Source of the DNA: Bdellovibrionales bacterium
GTDB lineage: Bacteria; Bdellovibrionota; Bdellovibrionia; Bdellovibrionales; JAUICD01
Assembly: GCA_965262715.1 (NCBI GenBank)
Contig: OZ253553.1
Coordinates: 480,001 to 544,000 of the forward strand
Length of the DNA stretch: 64,000 nucleotides
Direction of reading: 5' to 3'
Positions 9,552-19,606 of this stretch are shown here, in pieces (position 1 is the first letter of the stretch; every line of letters starts with the position of its first letter). Below the pieces are notes generated by a model. It saw only the letters and a program-made list of their open reading frames with translations, searched no databases and was not told the DNA's origin. Position numbers and translations under genes: made by a program.

Positions 9552-9578
9552 TTATCGGATAATTAAAAGTTTTCTTAA
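9552..9578 (-). promoter_or_regulatory. Candidate sigma-28 promoter of the cas operon
   Basis: Minus strand TTAAG-N14-TCCGATAA, ~105 bp upstream of cas6. Confidence 0.55.
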
Positions 9579-9856
9579 GAGATCATTTTAAATTAAATAA
9601 GAATGTATGTTTCTTGATATGTTTTTGTTTAAGTTATGTTTCTTTTTAAGAACTTACAGATATTACTGGGGCTGTTGTTGTTTTATTTTAAGCTAGTCTG
9701 TTTAAAATATTCTTTTCTGGTTTTTTAACCTATAATGCTTAACAAAATACCAAATTTAAATAATATCTATTTTTTTTAAAGTTCTAAGTCCGCAAGCTAT
9801 TATATTTTTTTGAAGATGAATGACTTGATCACCTAAGTAGATACAGTAAAGTTGAT

Positions 9857-10069
9857 CTAACTTAAGGTGTTTTCAATGATTATTTCAACCCATGCTGTTT
9901 TTTTATTGTTATGTTCTATAAAGTTGCTAAATATGTAATCTTTACCATTGATTTTGACTTTTTGTCCCGTTTTCAGGTTTTGGTCATCCAAGTTATAGTC
10001 TAGACACTGTCTAACGATTAAAAACTCTACATCTTCTATATATTCTCGTTTAAATATCATTACTTTCAT
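9857..10069 (-). CDS. Small hypothetical protein (70 aa)
   Basis: ATG with AAGGA upstream; protein-like composition; no recognised family. Confidence 0.5.
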   Translation of the reverse strand: MKVMIFKREYIEDVEFLIVRQCLDYNLDDQNLKTGQKVKINGKDYIFSNFIEHNNKKTAWVEIIIENTLS

Positions 10070-10430
10070 ATTTCATATCCTTAAAAAAAGCTACCTAGAT
10101 TAGAACCTAAAGGGCTTTCACAGAAGTCTATTCATATTTTTATTACTGTGAAGCTTCGGCTTCTTTTTTGGTTTGCGCCTCTTCCTATTCTAAGGCCTTC
10201 TCATAACCAATTCAAGGTGATTTAGCATTTTTAAATGTCGATCAATAGCTCCTTGAGTTTGAGATGAAAGACAGTTATAACGGCTTCCTTTAGAGGAGTG
10301 TGCATATGATCTCTTAAACTGAACCTTATATTACATTTCACACGTTCCAAAGCCTCTTTGAAGCTCAAAATCTTCAATGTTAGGATGTTCTTCGGTTATG
10401 TCATGATGACAGTTATTAGCTTATGACATT

Positions 10431-10641
10431 CTTTCTACCACCCACGCATGGGCGCGATTGTTTCCCTAAAAATGCTCTGGCCTCTGGCCACTTTTTGACA
10501 ACCAGCCTGACTAGCTCTCGCTGTCAGGCAAATAACTGGTTGTCTAAAAAGATTGAGCATTTTTAGGAAGGAGAATCTTCTCATTTTTTTAAACGATGTT
10601 AAGGAAATGAAAGCTTTCTACCGCCCACGCATGGGCGTAAC
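10431..10641 (-). CRISPR. CRISPR mini-array: perfect repeat (10614-10641), 155-bp family A element, degenerate repeat (10431-10458)
   Basis: Close homologue of 2092-2302, with identical 183-bp repeat-to-repeat spacing. Confidence 0.9.
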
Positions 10642-10822
10642 AAAAGTTTTCTATTCATTAATAATGAGTGTACAAGAATAATGGTTGAAAAGCTATATGA
10701 AATTTCGATATTGGATGTCGAGATTTCATACTATATTTATGTGTCTTTATGATACATTTGTCCGACTGCTTATCTTATGTACTTTTACATAGCTTATCTT
10801 GATTCATAATCTGATTATTTGT

Positions 10823-10917
10823 ATTGATTTTCTATTCAAATGAGTTGAAGTGATGATTTGATTATGATATGACTAGCTGTACTTAATAGTTATCCAGGTG
10901 ATTAAAGATTCTCTTAG
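10823..10917 (-). repeat. Diverged copy of the cas-operon upstream/promoter region (9484-9578)
   Basis: Shared AGTTGAAGTGATGATTTGA...TATGACTAG...CTGTA.TT.ATAGT...ATTAAA...TCTTA blocks. Confidence 0.75.
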
Positions 10918-10979
10918 CAGGTTATCTTAATCCAAGATATAATATATCAAGATATAATAAGTCATAAGGAGTTAAAAGT

Positions 10980-11603
10980 ATGGATATGATGGATCAAATT
11001 AAACAAAGCATTAAGGACTTAGTAGAAGCTCAAAAGAAAGGTCAAGAAGATGTAGATAAAAAGTTTAAGGAAGTTGCAGAAAGCCGAAAGAAAGGTCGAG
11101 AGGAAGTAGATAAAGAATTTAAAGAGCTTGCAGAAATCAATAAAAAAACAGATAAAAGGATCAATCAACTTATAGGTGAATGGGGTAATCAATGGGGAGA
11201 GTTTATTGAAAAGTTAGTAGACTCTAATATGATACGCCTTCTAGAACAACAAGGCATTGAGGTCAAACAAACTACAACCCGAGTTAAAGATAAAAGACCT
11301 CATCACCGTTGGGAGATTGACATTTTAGCTATAAACGGAAAAGAGATTGTTGCTATAGAAGTCAAAAAAACCTTAAAAAAAGAAGATGTAGATTATTTTA
11401 TAGAAGTTTTAAATATGTTTAAAAATGATTGGGCTGATTGTGCCAACAAAACTCTTTATGGAGGAATGGCCTATCTTGCCTGTAAAGAGCAAGTCGTCAA
11501 ATATGCAGAAAAATTGGGTTTATTTGTTTTTCAAGCTACAGGTAATAGTGCTACACTAGTGAATGAGCCTGGCTTTAAACCTAAGGCGATTTTATCAACT
11601 TAA
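10980..11603 (+). CDS. Coiled-coil + PD-(D/E)XK nuclease-fold protein (DUF3782-like)
   Basis: Repetitive charged helical N-terminus, GNQWGEFIE, EIDILAING..IVAIEVK. Confidence 0.75.
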   Translation: MDMMDQIKQSIKDLVEAQKKGQEDVDKKFKEVAESRKKGREEVDKEFKELAEINKKTDKRINQLIGEWGNQWGEFIEKLVDSNMIRLLEQQGIEVKQTTTRVKDKRPHHRWEIDILAINGKEIVAIEVKKTLKKEDVDYFIEVLNMFKNDWADCANKTLYGGMAYLACKEQVVKYAEKLGLFVFQATGNSATLVNEPGFKPKAILST

Positions 11604-11722
11604 TTGTAAAACCATTATCAATGTATTATCCACATAAGAAAAGTCATTAGATATAAGCATTCTTTAGATATTTGTAGGAAAGCTAACACCATAATAGTAT
11701 TGTTGTGTTATATCTCTTGAAT

Positions 11723-13933
11723 TTAAGATGTGTAAATCTTAGCATCCTTAGAAGAAGAAGCAAGATTCTTTAAATAAGAAGAACATTCAAAATGTCTGCC
11801 ATGTTTCTTGTGAAGTGTATCTAGTTTTTCAACAATCTTGTTAATTCCAATTGTATCTGCATACCTTAAAAGTCCTCCATGGAATGGTGGAAACCCTGTT
11901 CCCATGATCATGGCTAAATCAATATCTTCAGGCTTTTCAACTAATTGTTCTTCTAAAGCATACCCTGCTTCATTGATCATAGCATATAAAGGTCTTGTAA
12001 GGATTTTTTCTTCTGTTTCCTCTGATGGCTCTTGGCGTTTTGTAATCTTAAACTGATCATAAAAATTAATATTTACTCCAACCTCCTGTGACTTGGAGTT
12101 ATAAATGTAAAAGCCTTTCTTGCTCTTTTTACCATAATGTCCTTCAGATAGCTTTGGGTCAGATAGAGAGGACATTAAAGGAGAAGGTTTTACTCTCTCT
12201 CCAAAACTTTGATAAAAGATATTGGCAACTTTAACAGCTACATCAATACCAATTTCATCAAGCAAACGGAGTGGGCCCATTGGCATACCAAAATGAACAA
12301 AAACTTCATCAATCCAATCGATAGAGTAACCTTCTTCCAATAAATAAATAGCTTCATTTAAATAAGGTAGTAAAAGACGATTCACTAAAAATCCAGGACG
12401 ATCTTTGACCACGACCGGCATCTTGCCCATTTTTTTGGCAAGGTGAAAAGTGGTTGCGATAGCTTCATCTGAAGACTTCTCTCCTCGAATCACTTCTACC
12501 AAAGGCATCTTGTGAACAGGATTGAAAAAATGCATGCCTACTACATTTTCAGGTTTATTGTGAGCCTCTGCTATTTGAGTGACACTTAATGAGGATGTGT
12601 TTGTTGCTATAATACATTTATCATGACATTTTTTTGATAACTCAGTAATGACAGTTTTTTTGATGCTTATATCTTCAATAACAGCTTCCACTATAAAATC
12701 CATTTGCTTAAAACCATCATAAGAGATACCTGCGCTTAAAAGGCTTTGTTTTTTTTGCAGGTCAAACTTTGTCATACGTCGTCTTTTTAGTTGAGTGCCC
12801 CAAAGACGGTGGGCTTCTTTAAGCCCTAGAGACAATGCTTTTGTAGTTATATCTTTCATCCTCACTTTTAAACCTTTGTCAGCAAAGAGGTGGGCAATGC
12901 CGCCTCCCATAGTGCCAGCACCCAATACTCCTACTTGTTTAATAGGAAGTATTTCTACACTTTTATCTGAAACACCTGTTTGCTTTTTGATGGCCTCTGT
13001 CATGTAGAAAAGACGAATAAGGTTTTTACTCACATCTGTAGTGGCCACTTGACCAAAACCATGAGCCTCAATTTTCATAGCCTTCTTTCTATCAGATAAT
13101 TTGTAAGTCGATCTGATCACTTCAATAGCTTTTAGCAGCGCAGGGTAATGTCCACCTGATTTTTTCATCACCATTTTTTTCGTCTCACGAAATACAATAG
13201 GAGTTCCAATAAAGCTATTTAAAAAAGAATTTCTCCATGTCTTGGACTTGAAAGTACCTACTCGCTTCTTAGAATCTGAAGCAATTAATTGGCTTGCGAA
13301 TTTAAAAGCTTGTTCTTCTAAATTAGATGCAGAAACAAGTTGATCAATTAATTTAAGTTTCAAAGCCTTCTTACCATTAACGCTTTTTCCACCGAGAATG
13401 ATATCTAAACCAGCTTCAAGGCCAATAAGCTTTGGCAGTCTCCAACATCCTCCAAATCCTGGGATTACACCTAACTTTGTTTCAGGTAGTCCAATACGCG
13501 TCGAAGAGTCATCAGTAGCTATTCTGTAATCACAAGCAAGAGCCACCTCACATCCTCCACCTAAACAGGCTCCATTGATGGCCGCAATAAAAGGAATAGG
13601 TAAGTCTTCTATCTGATTGAGAAGATTTTGGCCTATACCACACATAGATTGGGCTTTATCAGCATCTGTTATATTTTGAATTTCGGCAATATCTGCTCCC
13701 GCAATGAAAATTCTTGGTTTTCTAGAAATCATCACAATAGCTTTGTATTTAGAAGTGTTCACTCCTTCTTGAATTTCATCTATGATTTTTTGCAATTTTT
13801 GAATCACAGGAGTAGAAAGCTTATTGACTTTTTCACCTTTCAGATCCCATTCAATCACACCTATACCCTCTGGTATGGTGTGAGAATTATCTTTTGATAA
13901 GAGGTTTAATCCTTCTGCTAAATGTTCTGTCAT
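11723..13933 (-). CDS. fadJ: Fatty-acid oxidation complex alpha subunit (enoyl-CoA hydratase / 3-hydroxyacyl-CoA dehydrogenase)
   Basis: FIAGADI, CLGGGCE, GLPETKLG, GAGTMGGGI, TNTSSL, GMHFFNP; start moved to the ATG at 13933, just after the thiolase stop. Confidence 0.93.
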   Translation of the reverse strand: MTEHLAEGLNLLSKDNSHTIPEGIGVIEWDLKGEKVNKLSTPVIQKLQKIIDEIQEGVNTSKYKAIVMISRKPRIFIAGADIAEIQNITDADKAQSMCGIGQNLLNQIEDLPIPFIAAINGACLGGGCEVALACDYRIATDDSSTRIGLPETKLGVIPGFGGCWRLPKLIGLEAGLDIILGGKSVNGKKALKLKLIDQLVSASNLEEQAFKFASQLIASDSKKRVGTFKSKTWRNSFLNSFIGTPIVFRETKKMVMKKSGGHYPALLKAIEVIRSTYKLSDRKKAMKIEAHGFGQVATTDVSKNLIRLFYMTEAIKKQTGVSDKSVEILPIKQVGVLGAGTMGGGIAHLFADKGLKVRMKDITTKALSLGLKEAHRLWGTQLKRRRMTKFDLQKKQSLLSAGISYDGFKQMDFIVEAVIEDISIKKTVITELSKKCHDKCIIATNTSSLSVTQIAEAHNKPENVVGMHFFNPVHKMPLVEVIRGEKSSDEAIATTFHLAKKMGKMPVVVKDRPGFLVNRLLLPYLNEAIYLLEEGYSIDWIDEVFVHFGMPMGPLRLLDEIGIDVAVKVANIFYQSFGERVKPSPLMSSLSDPKLSEGHYGKKSKKGFYIYNSKSQEVGVNINFYDQFKITKRQEPSEETEEKILTRPLYAMINEAGYALEEQLVEKPEDIDLAMIMGTGFPPFHGGLLRYADTIGINKIVEKLDTLHKKHGRHFECSSYLKNLASSSKDAKIYTS

Positions 13934-13935
13934 AA

Positions 13936-15252
13936 TTAATGCTCTCTCTCTAAAATCATTGCGCCTCCCTGCCCTCCACCAATGCAAAGAGTTGCTAGTC
14001 CAAATCTTACTTCTGAACGTTTTAACATTTCTGTCATAAGTGTTAAGACTAGTCGCGAACCAGTAGCACCTACTGGATGGCCTAAAGCAATGGCACCTCC
14101 ATTGACATTGAGTTTCTCAAGGTCAAGTGTGCCTATAGATTCTGTCAGTCCTAAATTGGATTTGCAGAATTGATCATCTTCAAATGCTTTTTTACAAGCT
14201 AGAACTTGCGCCGCAAAAGCCTCATTTAGCTCTATAAGGCCTATATCTTTTAAAGAGAGATTTGCTCTTTTAAGAGCTAATGCCGTAGAATAAACAGGGC
14301 CTAAACCCATCCTTTCTGGATCCAAACCACGAAAACCATAGGATCTAATAGTTACTAACGGCTTAACATCTAACTCCTGAGCTTTTGCTCTTGTCATTAG
14401 CATCACCATTGCCGCCCCATCTGTGATGGGGCAAGTGTTGCCAGCCGTTACTGTGCCATATTTTTTATCGAAAAATGGTCTTAATTTAGCTAAAGCCTTA
14501 AGTGTTTGGTTCTCTCTAGGGCCTATATCCTCTTCAGCTATAACTTTATGTTCTGGTGAAATAAAAACAGGAGTGATTTCTTCAGCTAATCTTCCTGACT
14601 TCTGGGCCTGCACCGCTCTTTGGTGACTTTGTAGGGCAAATTCATCTTGCTCCTGACGTGAAATATGAAACTCTTTAGCTAAAACTTCAGCTGTTTGTCC
14701 CATATTTAAACCACAAAAAGGATCTGTAAGTCCCTCCATAAGCGCAATTCTTGGTTTTAAGTGTTTTAGTTTCAGTTTAGATAAAGCAGAAAGTTTTTTC
14801 TGAAGAGTTTTTGCAAATATAAATTCTGAAAAAATATCTGTAAAGCTTTGTTGGAAAACTAAAGGTATTTGAGACATGCTTTCTGTACCGCCTGCAACCA
14901 CAACATCTGCCATACCTGCTTTGATTTTATCAAATCCTGTTGCAATACTCTCTAATGCAGAAGCGCAATTGCGATGGACAGTGTGTGCAGAGATAGATTT
15001 TGGAAGTCCCGCATTTAAAGCGATAACTCGTGCAATATTTACAGTATCAATAGGGTTACCAATGTTACCAACAATGACTTCTTGGATTTGATCTGAATCG
15101 ATCTCTACCTTGTATAAAAGTTCTCTTAAGGCTATGGCCCCTAGCTCTGCAGCATGGATGGCTTTCAAAGTTGTATTCGCTTTGGCAAAAGGTGTTCTTA
15201 CACCTCCGACAATCACAACATCTATTAATTTAGAATTAGAAGCTTCTATCAT
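13936..15252 (-). CDS. fadI: Acetyl-CoA C-acyltransferase (thiolase)
   Basis: [28 protein letters not shown]. Confidence 0.93.
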   Translation of the reverse strand: MIEASNSKLIDVVIVGGVRTPFAKANTTLKAIHAAELGAIALRELLYKVEIDSDQIQEVIVGNIGNPIDTVNIARVIALNAGLPKSISAHTVHRNCASALESIATGFDKIKAGMADVVVAGGTESMSQIPLVFQQSFTDIFSEFIFAKTLQKKLSALSKLKLKHLKPRIALMEGLTDPFCGLNMGQTAEVLAKEFHISRQEQDEFALQSHQRAVQAQKSGRLAEEITPVFISPEHKVIAEEDIGPRENQTLKALAKLRPFFDKKYGTVTAGNTCPITDGAAMVMLMTRAKAQELDVKPLVTIRSYGFRGLDPERMGLGPVYSTALALKRANLSLKDIGLIELNEAFAAQVLACKKAFEDDQFCKSNLGLTESIGTLDLEKLNVNGGAIALGHPVGATGSRLVLTLMTEMLKRSEVRFGLATLCIGGGQGGAMILEREH

Positions 15253-15607
15253 TTTAACCTAGTTCTTATTGACTGTGTTTTTTTATGTCTCTATTTAATA
15301 TGCTAAAGATCATTATAACATGTCAACTGTTTCCCTCAAAATAAACCAACCTCTATTTCACTAAAATGCACCTACTCTCTCGAGACGAGTCTCTGATCAT
15401 TTTTGGCAATGACTTCGATAGTCTTGCGTCTCAGTTCCCAGCAATGTTTGGTTATTGTTCACCATGGATACCTATCTCTTATGACCATGTATGTAGTAGA
15501 GCTTGTGATTTTTGCTAGGTATGTGAAGGTATAAGTGGCGGAAAAAGTATCTCCCTAAAAAAAGCTGCATGAAATGGCAATAATCTACATATTATATCGG
15601 GTTATAT

Positions 15608-16501
15608 CTATCGGTATCGAGCTTCTGTCACTTTCATTTTTAAATAGTCTTCAGTGAAAGAAGAACTCTCAGCCACTTGTTCGATAGGCTCATTGTCTTT
15701 TAAGACTCTGGCTACGGCCCTTTCTATTCGTGAATTGTGGGTTAAGTCTTTTGTGCCCCGATTGTCTCTGCTCTCTGGGTGAAACAATCTCAAGATTTCG
15801 TATTCGGGTATAAGAGTTATACTAGAAATCTCTGAGGCAAGTATTCCTTGTTTGAGCATTTCAGTTGCTTTATTTTTAATCCAACTATTTAGAGTAGAGA
15901 AACTTACTTGAAATAATTTAGCTAAATAACGCCGATCTATATTATAAGGAGGTAAAGCTAATTCTGCGCCTTTTAATCTTTGCTTTTCACGATAAGATAT
16001 TTTTTTCTCCCTTTCTTTAAGGTAAAAAGAAGGGAGATTACCTAGGTTGTCTGTAGTTTCTGGGTCAATTCCTAGCTTAATTAAAATATAAATAGTATCG
16101 AAGCGGGAGAAGATATTCTTATTTAAAGCAGCATAATGCAAGGCTGTTCTTTTATTTGAATCCTCTGTATTCACATCAACATTTAGTTCAGAGACAATAG
16201 CTTCAATCGAATCAGGTTCTCCTAAGAGAGAGGCGTAATAAAGTAAACTGTTGCCATTATTATGTAACTCCTCGTATGCTTTCTCCAAATAACCTTGATC
16301 TTCTAAAAGATGACCTAAATTATCTTGCTCTATAGCTTCGTATGTCTGATGTAAAAACCTAGTCGTATCCCCCAATAAAGCTTTTTTACATGCATCTAAG
16401 TTAAAATCACTAGCATGAGCCTTATTAAAATCACTAGCATGAGCTTTATAAGTTAAGATCAAAATAAGAGATATTAAAAGAGGTTTAATAAAGTATCTCA
16501 T
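15608..16501 (-). CDS. Secreted ankyrin-repeat protein
   Basis: Signal peptide; GNSLLYYA, DVN.ED...RTALHYAA, GIDP..TDNLGNLP; 24-bp tandem duplication (KAHASDFN x2) at ~16401-16448. Confidence 0.75.
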   Translation of the reverse strand: MRYFIKPLLISLILILTYKAHASDFNKAHASDFNLDACKKALLGDTTRFLHQTYEAIEQDNLGHLLEDQGYLEKAYEELHNNGNSLLYYASLLGEPDSIEAIVSELNVDVNTEDSNKRTALHYAALNKNIFSRFDTIYILIKLGIDPETTDNLGNLPSFYLKEREKKISYREKQRLKGAELALPPYNIDRRYLAKLFQVSFSTLNSWIKNKATEMLKQGILASEISSITLIPEYEILRLFHPESRDNRGTKDLTHNSRIERAVARVLKDNEPIEQVAESSSFTEDYLKMKVTEARYR

Positions 16502-16947
16502 GCTTAACAGCTATAAATTAACCGTTAGGGTTTTTCAATTGATTTTTCAAAAAAAAATATAGAACTCCAAAAACAGTAGCTCCTATAGCTGTTAGAATGA
16601 TTACTGTTAAAAAAGCCTTCTGTAGTTGCTTTAATTTTGACTTCAAGTTCCTAAAATATATCTAATAATTGACTAGCATGCCCATGATAGCCTACCGAAT
16701 CTTGACTATCTTTGTGGCACAATCTAAACACGGATATGATCTTAGCTTGTTCCATGAAGAGATTTAAATAAGGAAATACTTTTGTTTTCGTTTCCTTATT
16801 CTTTCTTGTCCTCTCACCCTTAACAACAAATCACCTAAATCTTTACAACTAGTAAAAAATTTGATGCTTTAAGCTAAAGACAATATCTTTTGCAAAGCAA
16901 TTGCCATCGGCAATTTTTTAAGGGCTTACGATTTAGTTTGAAATATT

Positions 16948-17201
16948 AGAAGCCATCTCAAAAATAAAGTTTTATATCACCCGTTGAGAAATAAAAGCAT
17001 TTCCCTTAACATTGTGTAAAAAAATGAGAGATATCTACCTTACTCAAAATAAACAGATTTTTGAGGTAGCCAGCATTTTACTGACAGTGTGAACTGTCAG
17101 GCTGGTTACCCAAAAACAACCAGAGGCCCGCCTCGAGGGGTTGGTTTATTTTGAGTGAAATAAATTAAATACAAAACATAATATAACTAAAGATGGCTTC
17201 T
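16948..17201 (+). mobile_element. MITE-like unit bounded by 11-bp inverted repeats (AGAAGCCATCT/AGATGGCTTCT) containing a family A copy at 17000-17160
   Basis: Terminal IRs seen directly; inner stems ACTCAAAATAAAC/GTTTATTTTGAGT and CTGACAGT-GTGA-ACTGTCAG. Confidence 0.65.
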
Positions 17202-17623
17202 TACTCAAAATGGACAGACTTGACAAGAGCCACGATAGTGGCCCTACGGGAAGCCGTAAAGGTCCATTACCATTCGAGTTCAATGCTTCGATTTGTAAGC
17301 ACTTTATTTGAATGCCGGATAAGTAAGAAGTGATAATAGCTAATGATATGAATGGGAAAGAGTTCTGGCCTCAGGGCAATGATTTTGAAATTCAAGAAAT
17401 AAATTGAAGGTCCAGCTCAATTTGAGTGAAACAGTTCTTTTATGCGGTACTTAAATTAAGAGGTTGTTTTGAAAACGTGGATATTAGAAGTAATTTTGAG
17501 ATGAGTTCTAAATATGTACTGAAAAGAAACATTTTTAAAAAAATAAACTTACAAACTGTTTTTAAGTAATAAAAAAATAAATTCCTCTTTCACAAAAAGA
17601 GAAAAAACTTATATACTAAGCGT

Positions 17624-19015
17624 ATGCGTATTTTATTTTCTTTTTTCATAATTATTGCTTATGTTAGCTTGTTTTTGCCCCAAACTGGTCAGGCACAAAT
17701 ACTGCGCTCTAAAAATATAGCTATTACTATAGATCAAGCTAAGATTCAAAAAAGTCTTATAGCTATGCCTGACTTTCAAGGAAATAGCTCTGCTGGCAGG
17801 GTGCTTTATAATACTATACGTAATAATTTAGATATCAATTCCTTCTTTCAATTAATTGATCCAAAAGCCTTTTTAGAAGATTCAAATGTATCATTAAGAC
17901 CTTATCCAGAAAACCCCGATGGATTTAAGTTTGAAAACTGGAAAGTCATTAATGCTGAATTTTTAATCCGTGGAAGCCATCGTATTTCAGGAGGACAGTT
18001 GTATTTTGAAAGTTATGTTTATCATGTGCCACGCTCTAAACTCATATTTAAAAAAGAATATAAAGCTCAAGCTCGTCAAGGCAGATGGATAGCTCATACA
18101 TTTTCTAATGACTTGTTTAAAACTTTAACAGGAAGAGAAGGCATGTTCTTATCCCAAGTGGTTGTCGGCAGTGATAGATCAGGAGGTAAATGGCGAGAAA
18201 TTTATGTTATGGATTGGGATGGTGATAATATGCAGAGGATGACTCGACATCGGTCTATTTCTCTTTCACCATCATGGTCTCAAGATGGAAAGTCTATCGC
18301 TTACAGCACTTACACTCTCCGACGTGATAGAGGCAGTCGTAATAAGTTTACCAATTTAGATCTTCTCCATTTGGATATAGCTTCTAGAAAGAAAAAACTT
18401 CTTTCAGGAAAAAAAGGCCTCAACTCTGGGTCAGTTTTTCATCCAAATGGAAGGCATGTATTTCTAAGTTTAATCTCTCAAGGAAGTGCTAATATTTTTC
18501 GAATCCGTACTACAGATAGGAAAGATGTGACTAGAATCACTAAGGGGCCTTATAGGGCTATGAATGTAGAGCCTTCTGTAAGTCCTGATGGTCGTAAAAT
18601 AGCTTTTTCCTCTGATAGGTCAGGTCGGCCAATGATCTATATTATGAATACAGATGGCTCGCAGCCTAAGAGATTAACTTTTGCAGGTCATTATAATTCA
18701 TCTCCATCATGGTCTCCAGATGGTAAATGGATTGCCTTTTCTAGTTATCAAAAAAGATATAATGATATTTTTGTGATTAGATCTGATGGTACAGGATTGA
18801 AAAGATTAACAAGTTCTAAAGGTAAAGATGGAAAGAGAGCTAATAATGAAGAACCTACATTCTCACCAGATAGTGGACATGTGATATTTGTGAGCGATAG
18901 AACAGGTAAAAAGCAGCTACATATAGTTGGTATTGATGGTACAAATGAAAAAAGAATTACTTCTGATAATTATAACTACTATAAACCTAAATGGGGACCT
19001 TCTTTATCCAATTAA
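17624..19015 (+). CDS. tolB: Tol-Pal system beta-propeller protein TolB
   Basis: Signal peptide, TolB_N (IAMPDF, AHTFSND), PD40 repeats SPSWSPDG. Confidence 0.9.
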   Translation: MRILFSFFIIIAYVSLFLPQTGQAQILRSKNIAITIDQAKIQKSLIAMPDFQGNSSAGRVLYNTIRNNLDINSFFQLIDPKAFLEDSNVSLRPYPENPDGFKFENWKVINAEFLIRGSHRISGGQLYFESYVYHVPRSKLIFKKEYKAQARQGRWIAHTFSNDLFKTLTGREGMFLSQVVVGSDRSGGKWREIYVMDWDGDNMQRMTRHRSISLSPSWSQDGKSIAYSTYTLRRDRGSRNKFTNLDLLHLDIASRKKKLLSGKKGLNSGSVFHPNGRHVFLSLISQGSANIFRIRTTDRKDVTRITKGPYRAMNVEPSVSPDGRKIAFSSDRSGRPMIYIMNTDGSQPKRLTFAGHYNSSPSWSPDGKWIAFSSYQKRYNDIFVIRSDGTGLKRLTSSKGKDGKRANNEEPTFSPDSGHVIFVSDRTGKKQLHIVGIDGTNEKRITSDNYNYYKPKWGPSLSN

Positions 19016-19211
19016 TTATTATTATTTCGATCTACAAGAATGACTAAAGCTCTTTTGTAGCATAGAACCTTCAATTTGTTTTTTGAACTTCAAAATCATT
19101 GCCCTAAGGCTAGACTCATGAGGTTAGCCTCTGTCTACTTGTATCATTAGAAGCAGTCTTACAAAATGCTGTGTCTATTATTTTAACTTACCTTAATGAC
19201 GCAGTGATTTA

Positions 19212-19364
19212 GAGCTATGGCAAGCTTCCTCTATAAGCAAACAGGCAACCCCCGCGCCTTGCATTCTATTATTTTATGATTTTACTCTAGAATAGAGCAC
19301 TTTAAAGAGAACTTCATTTTCTCAGGCGCTGGCCTGAGCTTATTTCAGAAGCTTGCCATAGCTC
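19212..19364. repeat. Long-hairpin dispersed element family B, copy 1
   Basis: 17-bp perfect outer stem GAGCTATGGCAAGCTTC; core homologous to 44996-45154. Confidence 0.7.
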
Positions 19365-19606
19365 CATGCTTTAGATATTCAGGGAGAGTTTTATATCAAA
19401 TATTTGGTATTTCAGATATAAGTCTAAAGTGCTCATATCAAAAACTTTATCTTTGTTATGATTTCAGATAACTTGCCAATATAGTGCTAATTAATTGTAC
19501 TTGTTATAGAGCCAACAAGGTTTTTAACTATATTTTTATTTTTATAAACTTATGTTGACTTTGGGGTTTTGTTATTGATACAAAGGACTTTATTTAGAAG
19601 GTCTTT

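Noticed and set aside
13934..13987. N-terminal extension of fadJ in the ORF track
   Set aside because: Overlaps the thiolase 3' end; ATG at 13933 is the plausible start
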